The notes beneath the pieces were generated by a model. It saw only the letters and a program-made list of their open reading frames with translations, was not told the origin of the DNA and ran no database searches. The position numbers and the translations under genes were made by a program. This document shows, one piece after another, positions 40,129-49,429 of a stretch of DNA of 64,000 nucleotides. Within the stretch, counting starts at the first letter, position 1, and every line of letters starts with the position of its first letter. Location: NCBI GenBank assembly GCA_965223795.1, contig CBDCXL010000002.1, positions 1,248,001-1,312,000 on the forward strand, read 5' to 3'. Source of the DNA: Nitrospinales bacterium (GTDB lineage: Bacteria > Nitrospinota > Nitrospinia > Nitrospinales > VA-1).

Positions 40129-41592
40129 TCAGTCTTTGTCTTTGGTTTTACCGGATTCCGGAGGCAGGAGGTCCATGCTTTTTAAATACTCGCGGATCTC
40201 GGACTTGTAGGAGATGAACGGGTCCACCATGAGGAAGGGTTCTTCGTTCTTGCTCAGGCGGAATCCGATCCAGTCGATCAGGTATCCGGCGTGGGTGCCC
40301 ATGAGGGCCTTGATGAGCTCGCCGCGCCCGTCGGCGCGCGTCCCTTTGGGCGGATTGGTCTTTGCGTGCGTGACGGCAGCGTCGTTGCTTTTGCGGAACG
40401 CGTCGCCGCTTTCCTCGAGTCCCCAATACAGGCCGCGCTCGCGGTTGAGGTTGTGGTACTCGAGGTCCTGGCTTTTGAGCCAGGGGTCCTGCCAGTCGAG
40501 ATTCTCTTCACTCTGGAATTCGCGCAGCATCCAGTACTTGCTGGCCCAGTCGACGCGGCCGAGCAGGGCTTCCGGGCCTTTGGGGAGGTCGTTTAAGATC
40601 GACTCCCAATGGGTCAGCACCCAGTCGGTCTCGCGGCTGGAACCGGCCAGGTGTTTTTTCGCCACGGCCATGATCTCCAGCTGCAATTCGAGGGCGGTGG
40701 AGCGGTTGCCGTCGCGCAGGGCGATCTCCCATTTGAACTCGGCGTCGCGGGAGATGGAACGCATGGCGCCCACCGATTCGGCGAGGATCCACTCGCGGTT
40801 GGCGAGGCCCAGCTCCATCAGCTCGAGCATGAGCGCGGTGGTGCCCATCTTGAGCGCGGAGGCGAACTCGCTCATGTTGGAGTCGCCGACCAAAAGGTGG
40901 ATGCGCCGGTACTTGCTGGGGTCGGACAGAGGCTCGTCGCGCGTGTTGACGATGGCGCGGTTGTACTGCACCCAGCGGTAAAACTCGTTGGGGATGTGGT
41001 CGGCGCGCTGGGAAATCTGGAAGTTCACTTCCTCTTCGTCCTGCACGTCCATCGAGATGCCGTCCCAGTCGCGGAACGGATGCGGGTTGCAGGCGCCGAT
41101 GCGGCCGGCGCCGCAGAAGATCTGGCGCGTCACCAGAAATGCGGACAGCAGTTTCAGGTTGTCGCGCTCGTCGAATGGAAACGAGCGGCTGACGAGATAG
41201 TTTTCGTGGCAGCCGAAGGTGGCGTTGGTCTCCAGGTCGACGTTGTTCTTGATGATCGAAACCTGTTCGGCCCAGCCCAAATCCTCGACCGCATCCTGAA
41301 TCAACTGATCGCCGGCGCGGTCGTAGGTGATGAGGTCCACCAGGTTGGAGCATTCGGGGGAAGCGTATTCCAGGTGCCCCATGTCGAGGTACAGGCGGCC
41401 GCCGTTGGACAGGAATCCGCCGTTTCCCGGAGGCTCGTCGTTGGCGCGGTAATGCAGGTCGAGCACGCCCATGCCCTTGGAGAAGACATGGTTTTTGATC
41501 CGGTTGGCGATCTCGACGGGATCGTAGCGGAACTCGTTGTCGCGGATCAACAGGCCGTATTCGGTTTCCAGTCCGTAAATGCGTTTTTTCAT
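40129..41592 (-). CDS. pafA: PafA-family ligase (Pup/UBact ligase)
   Basis: RIYGLETEYG, FLSNGGRLYLDMGHLEYASPEC, KNNVD, GCHENY, SQRADH, NTRDEP, RIHLLVGDSNMSE, DLEYH. Confidence 0.9.
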   Translation of the reverse strand: MKKRIYGLETEYGLLIRDNEFRYDPVEIANRIKNHVFSKGMGVLDLHYRANDEPPGNGGFLSNGGRLYLDMGHLEYASPECSNLVDLITYDRAGDQLIQDAVEDLGWAEQVSIIKNNVDLETNATFGCHENYLVSRSFPFDERDNLKLLSAFLVTRQIFCGAGRIGACNPHPFRDWDGISMDVQDEEEVNFQISQRADHIPNEFYRWVQYNRAIVNTRDEPLSDPSKYRRIHLLVGDSNMSEFASALKMGTTALMLELMELGLANREWILAESVGAMRSISRDAEFKWEIALRDGNRSTALELQLEIMAVAKKHLAGSSRETDWVLTHWESILNDLPKGPEALLGRVDWASKYWMLREFQSEENLDWQDPWLKSQDLEYHNLNRERGLYWGLEESGDAFRKSNDAAVTHAKTNPPKGTRADGRGELIKALMGTHAGYLIDWIGFRLSKNEEPFLMVDPFISYKSEIREYLKSMDLLPPESGKTKDKD

Positions 41593-42350
41593 GATTTGGC
41601 GACCGCCTTTTTGAGGGTTTCGATTTCTTGTTGCGTGACCGGCCGGTAAATGGATTTTCGTTTTATTTCATGGCACAGCACCGCGGCTTCCAGGTTCCAG
41701 TTCTCGAACGCCTCGCGCACCGTCCGCGGCAGGCCGTCGCCGTCGTCCTGGGCGTCGATGCCGTTTTCGGCCTGCTTTTTCCCTTCCTCCCACAGCCGGC
41801 AGACTTCCGCGAGCGCCTGATCCAGCGTGAAGGTGGCAAACGGCGTTGCGGCGATTTTTTTGTCGATCCAGTCCATCACCTTGTCGTCACCGCAGAGGAC
41901 GCCGCCTTTGGCGAGGCGTTCCCAGTAGCCGTCGTAGTTCATGCGAAAGATCTGCGGCTTGCCTTCCACGTCCAGCTCCACCAGCATCAGCTGAATCAGG
42001 TAGGGCGCGCGCATGACCTCCTCGAAATTCTGTTTGAGCACCGGCGCGACGCCGAACTGCAGCATGCGGCTGACGGTCACGTCCTCGGCGGAGCGGTTGA
42101 ACCCTTCCAGATGCGCCATGTCGAGCAGCGTCATGCGCAGCTTTTCCACATCGGCGGGATGACCCAGTCCGCCCATGGCGATGCGGTCGTACAGCTCGAA
42201 GATCTTTCCCGGCTGCGGCGAAAACCCGAACAACAGCGCGCCTTCGTTGTAAGGCACCGCGAACACGGGCTGCCCCTTGCGCAGCTTCTCGCGCACATAG
42301 CTGTGGCGGGTGGAGATGGCCTCCATCCAGCGGAACGGTTCTTCAAACAT
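41589..42350 (-). CDS. prcA: 20S proteasome alpha subunit
   Basis: KIFELYDRIAMGGLG...D..KLR, DVT; position in the proteasome operon. Confidence 0.85.
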   Translation of the reverse strand: MFEEPFRWMEAISTRHSYVREKLRKGQPVFAVPYNEGALLFGFSPQPGKIFELYDRIAMGGLGHPADVEKLRMTLLDMAHLEGFNRSAEDVTVSRMLQFGVAPVLKQNFEEVMRAPYLIQLMLVELDVEGKPQIFRMNYDGYWERLAKGGVLCGDDKVMDWIDKKIAATPFATFTLDQALAEVCRLWEEGKKQAENGIDAQDDGDGLPRTVREAFENWNLEAAVLCHEIKRKSIYRPVTQQEIETLKKAVAKS

Positions 42351-42396
42351 GCGGTTCTCTCTGTTGTGGGCGCTTTATGTCTCGCTCGCGCATGGT

Positions 42397-43191
42397 TCAG
42401 CCCCGGTGCATGCTTTTCGCATACAGGTCGGCCATGTCCTTCTCTTCGATGAAGCGGTAGCCGTTTTTGGTGATGACGGCGACGATGGGGAAGATGTTGT
42501 CCTCGGGCCGCGCCTTGCCGGTGGCCGAATCGAACTGACCGGCGGTCTGCAACAGGCGGATGGCGAGCGTCGCCGCCTGGGTCTCGCTGCGGCTGGCGAG
42601 CGGCTTCTCGCCCCACAGGTCCTCGTGTTCCAGAATGCCGCGGATCATGGGGGAGCCGGAACCCGTCGCCGTGTGCGTGAGGATCTTGAACTCCGCGCCC
42701 AAAAGGTCGTAAAAATAGATGAACGGCTTGTCCTTGCGGATGTCGTAGCTCGCAAAGATGGGGCTGACGGCGCCCAGTCCCTGGATCGCCATGCCCGCGT
42801 TTTCCTTGAGCAGCTTGGAGAGCGAGCGGATCTTGCCTTCGGTGCTCATCGGCTGCATCTGCGAGCGGCGGTAGTACTCGAAGTTGTGGGAGAGGATGCG
42901 CGCCATCTCGAACGCGGTCGCCGGCACGCCGGCGATGGCCATCAGCGAATAGTCGTCGATGGGGAGCACCTTGTCGCAGTGCTCGTACATGATGGCGTTG
43001 CCCGCCGTGGCGCGGCGGTCGCCCGCGACCAGGACGCCCTGATCGTAATGAAACGCCAGCACGGTGGTGCCCTGGGTCACGTTGAACTTGCCGTCCCCGG
43101 GCGCGGTGCTGCCGGGGGCGGGCAGACGGTATCCGGACTGTCTCAGGAGCTCGAAAAAATCGCCGGGGCTGGCATCGGCAGGGGCTGTCAT
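42397..43191 (-). CDS. prcB: 20S proteasome beta subunit
   Basis: Propeptide followed by G|TTVLA (catalytic Thr), AGDRRATAG, K, GSGS, DSATG. Confidence 0.92.
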   Translation of the reverse strand: MTAPADASPGDFFELLRQSGYRLPAPGSTAPGDGKFNVTQGTTVLAFHYDQGVLVAGDRRATAGNAIMYEHCDKVLPIDDYSLMAIAGVPATAFEMARILSHNFEYYRRSQMQPMSTEGKIRSLSKLLKENAGMAIQGLGAVSPIFASYDIRKDKPFIYFYDLLGAEFKILTHTATGSGSPMIRGILEHEDLWGEKPLASRSETQAATLAIRLLQTAGQFDSATGKARPEDNIFPIVAVITKNGYRFIEEKDMADLYAKSMHRG

Positions 43192-43364
43192 TGACCGGTG
43201 CGCTGCTTGTAACGTTCGGACTGCTTGGGGTCCACCTTCTTCATCCGCTTCAGCAGATCGTCCCGGCCGGGCCGCGACACATCCGGCCTGGAAGGGCCGC
43301 TGTCGTGCCGGTCGGGCGTGGATTCCTTCTTTTCTTCCCGTCTCAAGGGATCGTTCATATCCAT
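43188..43364 (-). CDS. ubact: Prokaryotic ubiquitin-like modifier UBact (58 aa)
   Basis: MDMNDPLRREEKKESTPDRHDSGPSRPDVSRPGRDDLLKRMKKVDPKQSERYKQRTGQ; C-terminal RTGQ; AAGGAG RBS; lies between dop and prcB (the 266-aa track ORF is over-extended). Confidence 0.9.
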   Translation of the reverse strand: MDMNDPLRREEKKESTPDRHDSGPSRPDVSRPGRDDLLKRMKKVDPKQSERYKQRTGQ

Positions 43365-44833
43365 GCGAAACGCTCCTTGTTGGAGTTGAGAATCTTCTCG
43401 ACGTCGGCGGAGCTCACCACGGACGACAGATCCAGCTCCGTGCCGTCCGCAAACTCCACGCCCGTCCAGTGTATGCTCTTGATGTTGTCCCGTTCGTTCT
43501 CCACCATCAGCCCCCGCACCATGGCGCGGGTGCCCTCCGGCGGCTTGTGCACAGCCTGGTTCACCTCTTCCCCGGAAAACACCTCGTGCACCCTGCCCTG
43601 CTGCTGCAGCCCGCGGTACAGGCCGCGCTCCGGGTTGAGGTTGTGGTATTCCAGATCGCAGCTTTTGAGCCAGGGATCGTCCCAGGTCAGGTTTTCCTCC
43701 TGCATGAATTCGGTGAACAGCTTTTCCTTGATGGCCCAGTCGATGCGATCGGACAGCTTGTCCGGGCTGTGCCTGAATTCGTGTAACGTGCGCCGCCACT
43801 CGCTCAGGATCCATTCGGTCTCTTTGCAGTGGCCCTTGAAATTGGCTTCCGCGCATTCCAGATAGGCTTCCTGGATTTCGAGCGCGGTCACGGTGCGGCC
43901 CGACGCCTGTTCCAAAAGCACGTTGCGTTCGCGCGAGATGCGCCGCACATCGCCGACCGGATTCTTGAGCGTGAAGGGTGTCCGCCATTGTCCGCCGCCG
44001 ATCAAAGACAGCACCAGCCGCGTCGTGCCGATCTTGAGCAGCGTCGCGTAGGCGGAGAGATTCGCGTCGCCCAGGATCAGGTGCAGCCTGCGGAATTTCT
44101 CCGGGCTTGCGTGCGGCTCGTCGCGCGTGTTGATGATGGGCCTTTGCGTCATCGTTTCGATGCTCAGCACCGACTCGATGAAATCGGAACGCTGGCTGAG
44201 CTGCAGGCCGGAAAAGGTCTCGCCTTTTGTCTCGCAGCCGACCTTGCCTGCACCGGTAAAAAGCTGCCTTGTGATGAGAAACGGCACCAGCCCTTCGACC
44301 CAGACGTCGAAGTCGAGTTGTCTGGGGATCAGGTAATTGTCGTGGGTGCCGTAGCTGTGGCCGCTGTAATCGGTGTTGTTCTTGAAGATCTGCACCACGT
44401 CATCGCCCAGCTCGCGGTTTCTTAAGTCGGCGCAGTCCTGCACGATGCGCTCGCCGGCGAGATCGTGCGCCACCAGCTGGAACACGCTGTTGCACTCGGG
44501 CGTGGCGTATTCGGGATGCGTGTGGTCGTTGTAAAACCGCGCGCCGTTCGCCAGCACCCGGTCGCTCTTCATCTCCCAGTAGCTGTACGGCCGTTTCCTG
44601 TCCTGCTCGCAGAATTCGTCTTCCTCTTCGTCCTGGGCGAGCGAGCGCACGCGGAAGCCGCGCAGGTCGAGGTGGGAATTTTCCTGCCGGTAGTTCCAGG
44701 CGCGGAACACGCTCGGCATGTCACAGCCCGCCAGCAGGCGCATCGATTCCTCGACCGGGTCGGAGGACTCCACGTCCTCCCGGACGATGCCGAATTCGGT
44801 TTCAATCCCCATCAGGGGAACCCGCTCACTCAT
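43355..44833 (-). CDS. dop: Dop-family deamidase/depupylase
   Basis: MGIETEFG, LANGARFYNDHTHPEYATPEC, KNNTD..G.SYGTHDNY, RPIINTRDEPHA, RRLHLILGDAN. Confidence 0.9.
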   Translation of the reverse strand: MSERVPLMGIETEFGIVREDVESSDPVEESMRLLAGCDMPSVFRAWNYRQENSHLDLRGFRVRSLAQDEEEDEFCEQDRKRPYSYWEMKSDRVLANGARFYNDHTHPEYATPECNSVFQLVAHDLAGERIVQDCADLRNRELGDDVVQIFKNNTDYSGHSYGTHDNYLIPRQLDFDVWVEGLVPFLITRQLFTGAGKVGCETKGETFSGLQLSQRSDFIESVLSIETMTQRPIINTRDEPHASPEKFRRLHLILGDANLSAYATLLKIGTTRLVLSLIGGGQWRTPFTLKNPVGDVRRISRERNVLLEQASGRTVTALEIQEAYLECAEANFKGHCKETEWILSEWRRTLHEFRHSPDKLSDRIDWAIKEKLFTEFMQEENLTWDDPWLKSCDLEYHNLNPERGLYRGLQQQGRVHEVFSGEEVNQAVHKPPEGTRAMVRGLMVENERDNIKSIHWTGVEFADGTELDLSSVVSSADVEKILNSNKERFAWI

Positions 44834-46446
44834 ATGATCGACCGTTTCAGGGTGGTGGCCGCGGCGTGATCGGACTCGCCGGGCTTGCGGACGCGCACCA
44901 CCTGGTGCGATTCCATATCGAGCAGCTGCAGCCAGTCTTCCATGTTGGACTCCGCGGGCAGCAGGCTGCTTTCGGTGAATTCGGTCTCAAGGCAGGTCAG
45001 CAGATCGTCCACGTAAACTTTGAGTTCTTCTCCCTTGATGGCGCGTTCGATGGCGCGCTCCTTGACGCGCTTGACGATGCCCTCGATGACGGCGCCGGAG
45101 ATGAAGTCCTTCCAGTACAGCTTTTTGTATTCGCCGTTTCTGAGCGTGAGCACGAGCACTTCCTGGTCGCGGCTCTGGGTGAACAGTTTGTCGAGAAACG
45201 GCTCGGCCATGGCGTCGAAATCGGCGTGCTCGAGCGGCAGATTTTCTTTCAGATACACTCGCAAGATGGCTTTGCTGCCGGCGCGGTCCGGGCGGCCCAC
45301 TTTGATCTTGCGGTCGATCCGGCCGGGACGCAGGATCGCGGGGTCGATCAGGTCGGGCCGGTTGGTGGCCAGGATGACGACGGTGTCGCGCAGCGAATCG
45401 ATGCCGTCCATCTCGGCGCAGAACATCGGCACCAGCGTGTTGGAGATGTTGAGGCCGCGGCTCGCCTGGCGGGTGCCGAGGACGGACTCCGCCTCGTCGA
45501 TGAAGATGAACGGCACCTGGCCTTTTTCCTTATAATCGCGCGCTTTCTTGAAGATCTCGCGGATCCGGCGCTCGGACTCGCCCAGCCACATGTTGAGGAT
45601 CTCCGGTCCCTTGACGTGGATGAACCGGCCTTCCAGCTTGGCGTCGTTCTTTTCGGAAAGTTTCTGGATCACCTCGGTGAGGATGGCCCTGCCGATCAGC
45701 GTTTTGCCGCAGCCCGGCGGCCCGTAGAACAAAAACCCCTTGGGCAGCTGGTACTCCATGCGGCTCAATATCTCCTGATGCAGGATGGGATACTCGATGA
45801 CCTTGTGCACCTCTTCGATCACGTGCTCCTGACCGCCCACATGCTTCCAGTCCACGGGAACGAAATCGTCTTCCACCAGGGTGCGCCCGGTTTTCTTGGG
45901 CAGGATTCCAAGGATGACTTTCTGATTGGAATCGAGGAACACGTCCTCGCCTTCCTTGAGCGTCGCGGGATCGAGGTCGTCATGATGCAGCACCATCGAT
46001 TCGGAGGTCGCGCCCGCGCCCTTCACCAGCCAGTGTCCGTCGGCCAGCCTGCCGGTGACGGTGGACACGGGACCCTGGCTCGGCAGCGGCAGCTTTTCGA
46101 TGGCGACGAAGCCCTCGTTGAGCGCCACCTGATCGCCGGTCTTGAGCGCCTCTTTTTCCAGGATCTCCGGCGAGACGGCGGCCTGATATTCGGTGCCGCC
46201 GACCACAAGCCGGTACAGGCCGTTTTCCCCTTTGCCCAGGACGGTGCCGATCCGGTGGGCGGGCGATTTCAGTTTCTGAACGGCTTCTTCCAGGGTCTTT
46301 ATTTTCAAGGAAAGCTGCTGGTTCATCTGCTGGGAATGGAACAGCGCATCCCTCAGATCGAACACTTTTTCCTGAAGATGCGGCAGAGTCGCGGTCTCCT
46401 CAAGGATCTGGTCGATGAGTTCGATGATATGGCTTTGATCTCCCAT
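44830..46446 (-). CDS. arc: Proteasome-associated AAA ATPase ARC/Mpa
   Basis: N-terminal coiled coil, GPPGCGKT, KGPEILN.WLGESER, FIDEAES, ATNRPDLIDPAILRPGRID, SGAVIEGIV.R.K..AI. Confidence 0.9.
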   Translation of the reverse strand: MGDQSHIIELIDQILEETATLPHLQEKVFDLRDALFHSQQMNQQLSLKIKTLEEAVQKLKSPAHRIGTVLGKGENGLYRLVVGGTEYQAAVSPEILEKEALKTGDQVALNEGFVAIEKLPLPSQGPVSTVTGRLADGHWLVKGAGATSESMVLHHDDLDPATLKEGEDVFLDSNQKVILGILPKKTGRTLVEDDFVPVDWKHVGGQEHVIEEVHKVIEYPILHQEILSRMEYQLPKGFLFYGPPGCGKTLIGRAILTEVIQKLSEKNDAKLEGRFIHVKGPEILNMWLGESERRIREIFKKARDYKEKGQVPFIFIDEAESVLGTRQASRGLNISNTLVPMFCAEMDGIDSLRDTVVILATNRPDLIDPAILRPGRIDRKIKVGRPDRAGSKAILRVYLKENLPLEHADFDAMAEPFLDKLFTQSRDQEVLVLTLRNGEYKKLYWKDFISGAVIEGIVKRVKERAIERAIKGEELKVYVDDLLTCLETEFTESSLLPAESNMEDWLQLLDMESHQVVRVRKPGESDHAAATTLKRSII

Positions 46447-46476
46447 TCAATATCCTTTTTTTAAAGCGAATAAACA

Positions 46477-46506
46477 ATTGTATGTCTAATAAAAAATAAA
46501 GGTCAA
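46477..46506 (-). promoter_or_regulatory. Sigma70-type promoter of the proteasome operon
   Basis: Minus strand TTGACC-18bp-TACAAT about 30 bp upstream of the arc ATG. Confidence 0.55.
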
Positions 46507-46748
46507 GTGTATTTATAATGTATCGAATCACGGCTTCGATCGTGAAAACTTTTGGTTCGCGGAAACGGATTTTTACGAATTTCGTTCCCCGAATTTCGGG
46601 CGGCGGCCGGGACTGTGCGGATAAAACGGCTTGTCAGCCGGAAAAGAATCATGATAAATATTGAAATACTCCTTACGGACTCATTTGAGGACAGCGCTGT
46701 GTTGACGGATGCGGCGTTTTTCATGAATTTTCGGTCCTTAATCACCTC

Positions 46749-48083
46749 ATGAATTCCGCGGCGAACAAACCCTTCATCGACAAGTGCATCATCAGCTTCA
46801 GCCACGACCGCATTGAATCGCGCGATCTTGCGGACCGGATGAGCATTGAAAAGGCCGAACGGGAGATCGCCGCGGGGAAAAAAGGCATCAGCCATCTCAT
46901 CCTGCGAGCGATAAACGACGACATCGACCGGCTGAAGTTTCTGTTTCTCATCAACGGAATTCCGCTTTTGTGCTACGCGATGGGAAACCTGCTCGCCTCT
47001 TCTTTGAAGGAAATCGTGGTCATCGGCTCCGAGGAAGTGGAGCGGGTGCTCGACCGGTTTCTGGAAATGACGGGTTCGCTGGATAAAAAAGTCACCTTCG
47101 TGCGCGAGGATCCGGACAATCTCAGCCTTTCCAACACGCTGGCTCTGGGACGCAGCCGGCTGTCGCTCGACGCCGACGAGATGATCCTGTTTCAACCGGG
47201 GGATTTGCCGTTTCTGTACGATCTGGAGAAGGTATTGCGCGATGAGACGATCCGCGACCACAACCTGATCCTGTGGCTCAATTCCAAGCAGCAGATGTTT
47301 CCCGGCCACGTTGAGGATGAAAACAGCGAGTTCGTGCAGCGGAATTATCACTACCGCGGCATTTTCGAAAACCCCCTGGCGCTGCACGACATCAAGGAAC
47401 CGAATGTCTATCCGATCAATCTGACGCGGGTCGATCCCAACATCATCAATCGGCTGCACTCGATGCGCAAGGATGGAAAAATTTTCAACGCCGGTCTGAA
47501 ACAGGCGCTGGACCTGCCTGTGCGGCTGATCCGCATTTTGCCCGCGCTGTTCGATCACCTCAGGCATTTCCGCACGGACCTGAAACGCCTGCGGCCAAAC
47601 GATGTGTATCAGTTCGGCATGCACCAGAGGAATTTCAACCGCGCCGCTTCGATCCTTCTGGGCACGCCTTTGGCCACGAAACTGCACGGCGATCCCGCCT
47701 TCGTTTCCGATGTGGATGCGCTGGAGGACTGGCAGGATTTCGAGGGACTCACGCTGTATGCGCGCGAGCAGAACGGCGACGAGGGACTCGGCCGCATCCA
47801 TCCTTTCGGCGACGCGCTGACGCGTTTTAAAGAGGAGGCGATGCCCGGCCTCCAACGCGCGATTCCCATGTACGCGGATTTCCCCGCTTACATGAACCGC
47901 CTCCACCGCACGCTGCGCATGCCGCAGCCGGCGTACGACGCGCACGGGAATTTCGTCGCGCCGCCCGGTTCGGGCCCGCGCATGGCCAACGCCCACCGCT
48001 GGTACCTAAAGACCTGTGAGCGGCTCAAGGTGCGGCGGGAAGAACGCTGCTCCTCACCGGAAAGCGCCGGACCGGCCGTTTGA
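46749..48083 (+). CDS. Hypothetical protein with NTP-transferase (MobA-like) fold similarity
   Basis: KFLFLINGIPLLCYAMGNLL.S.LKEIVVIG, GDLPFL, DVD..ED. Confidence 0.65.
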   Translation: MNSAANKPFIDKCIISFSHDRIESRDLADRMSIEKAEREIAAGKKGISHLILRAINDDIDRLKFLFLINGIPLLCYAMGNLLASSLKEIVVIGSEEVERVLDRFLEMTGSLDKKVTFVREDPDNLSLSNTLALGRSRLSLDADEMILFQPGDLPFLYDLEKVLRDETIRDHNLILWLNSKQQMFPGHVEDENSEFVQRNYHYRGIFENPLALHDIKEPNVYPINLTRVDPNIINRLHSMRKDGKIFNAGLKQALDLPVRLIRILPALFDHLRHFRTDLKRLRPNDVYQFGMHQRNFNRAASILLGTPLATKLHGDPAFVSDVDALEDWQDFEGLTLYAREQNGDEGLGRIHPFGDALTRFKEEAMPGLQRAIPMYADFPAYMNRLHRTLRMPQPAYDAHGNFVAPPGSGPRMANAHRWYLKTCERLKVRREERCSSPESAGPAV

Positions 48084-48232
48084 AAAACCCGCCGCTTCCG
48101 GCGCCCGCCACACATTTTACCCTTCTTACAAAGGTAATCCTGCCCTGTAAAAATGCGGGGATGCGGGCTTGCGTCCGCGCTGCTTAACAGGTAAAGTACT
48201 TTCACTTATAGGGTTACTAGGAGGAAAGCTCT

Positions 48233-49249
48233 ATGCCCTCTAAAGGGGTTTCCGTGATCGGTCAGATTTCAGGCGCGACGCAGGCGGTGGACCGGATGGG
48301 TCTGGAACGCAGCATGCTGACCCAGACCCGGCTGAATCACTTCATCCTGATTTCGCTGATCCTGCACCTGGCGGTGTTGATCATTCAGGAGTTGATGCCG
48401 AGCAGTCCCCTGGTTTCGGCCACCCGCCCGCCCATCAAGGTGACGTACGCGGAGCCCAAGAAAAAGGAGAGCGAGCTCAAACACGGGACCATCATCGACG
48501 CGCCCAAACCGGAAAAAATCGAAAAACCCAAAACCTCCGACCTGCTCGCCAGCCACGACAGCCGGGCGCACTCCAACCGCAAAAAAACCGAGATCAAAAA
48601 ATACCAGCGCAAGAAAACCGTGGTTCCCAAATCGGCCGGGGTGGACCGCCCGACGCAGAAAACCGAGGTTCCGCCGCAGAAGAGCGCTTCGCAGTCGAAA
48701 TCGACGCAGAAGAAAGAGACAAACCGCATGGCGCTGCCGCTTTCCGACCGCGGCCGGTTCGCTGCGGTGTCCAAGGACCAGCAGCAGGACAATGCGCAGT
48801 CGAGCCTCAGATCCGGCTCCAAGGGATCGCTCTCGCTGCTGGACGGATTCGACCCGGACAAATACGCCGCGCTGGACACGAACACGGAGCATCTGGAAGA
48901 CGCGGACGACGACGAAACGGTTTCGCTCGACACGACCGAGACGAAGTACGCGTCCTACTTCGCCCGTATCAAGCATCAGATCGAGCGGGTGTGGACGTAT
49001 CCCATCGAGGCGGCGCAGCGGGGCATCAGCGGGCAGATCACGCTGCGCTTCCGTATTTCCAAGGACGGCAACCTGCTCGGCGTCTGGCTGGTGGATAAAT
49101 CGGGGCATGAGATTCTGGATTTCGCCGCCCTCAAAGCGGTGAAGGAAGCGGCGCCGTTCTACCCGTTTCCGCTGAACATCCAGAAAGAGCGGCTGTCGAT
49201 TCTGGCGACGTTCATCTACAGTCCCACTTACGGACTGTTGAACCAGTGA
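48233..49249 (+). CDS. TonB-family energy transducer
   Basis: SLILH TM helix, Lys/Pro-rich linker, YP.EA..RGISG...F.I..DG...SG..ILD.AA..AV..AAPF. Confidence 0.85.
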   Translation: MPSKGVSVIGQISGATQAVDRMGLERSMLTQTRLNHFILISLILHLAVLIIQELMPSSPLVSATRPPIKVTYAEPKKKESELKHGTIIDAPKPEKIEKPKTSDLLASHDSRAHSNRKKTEIKKYQRKKTVVPKSAGVDRPTQKTEVPPQKSASQSKSTQKKETNRMALPLSDRGRFAAVSKDQQQDNAQSSLRSGSKGSLSLLDGFDPDKYAALDTNTEHLEDADDDETVSLDTTETKYASYFARIKHQIERVWTYPIEAAQRGISGQITLRFRISKDGNLLGVWLVDKSGHEILDFAALKAVKEAAPFYPFPLNIQKERLSILATFIYSPTYGLLNQ

Positions 49250-49429
49250 GCGTCTTGATGTTTCCGGCGGCAATGAGTCCACGCACCGCGGTTCGCTTCG
49301 CCCCCTTTAAACGGGCGGCGCGCACGGTAAAACCTCTGAAAATCCGATTCCTTTATTTCAGGCAGCATCTTGATCGCAGGGGACCGCGTGCGGTCCGAAC
49401 GCATTGCTAGAGGCGCCGCACCGATTCTG

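Noticed and set aside
43188..43988. 266-aa ORF as a real protein
   Set aside because: Only the last 58 codons are UBact; the rest overlaps dop in another frame
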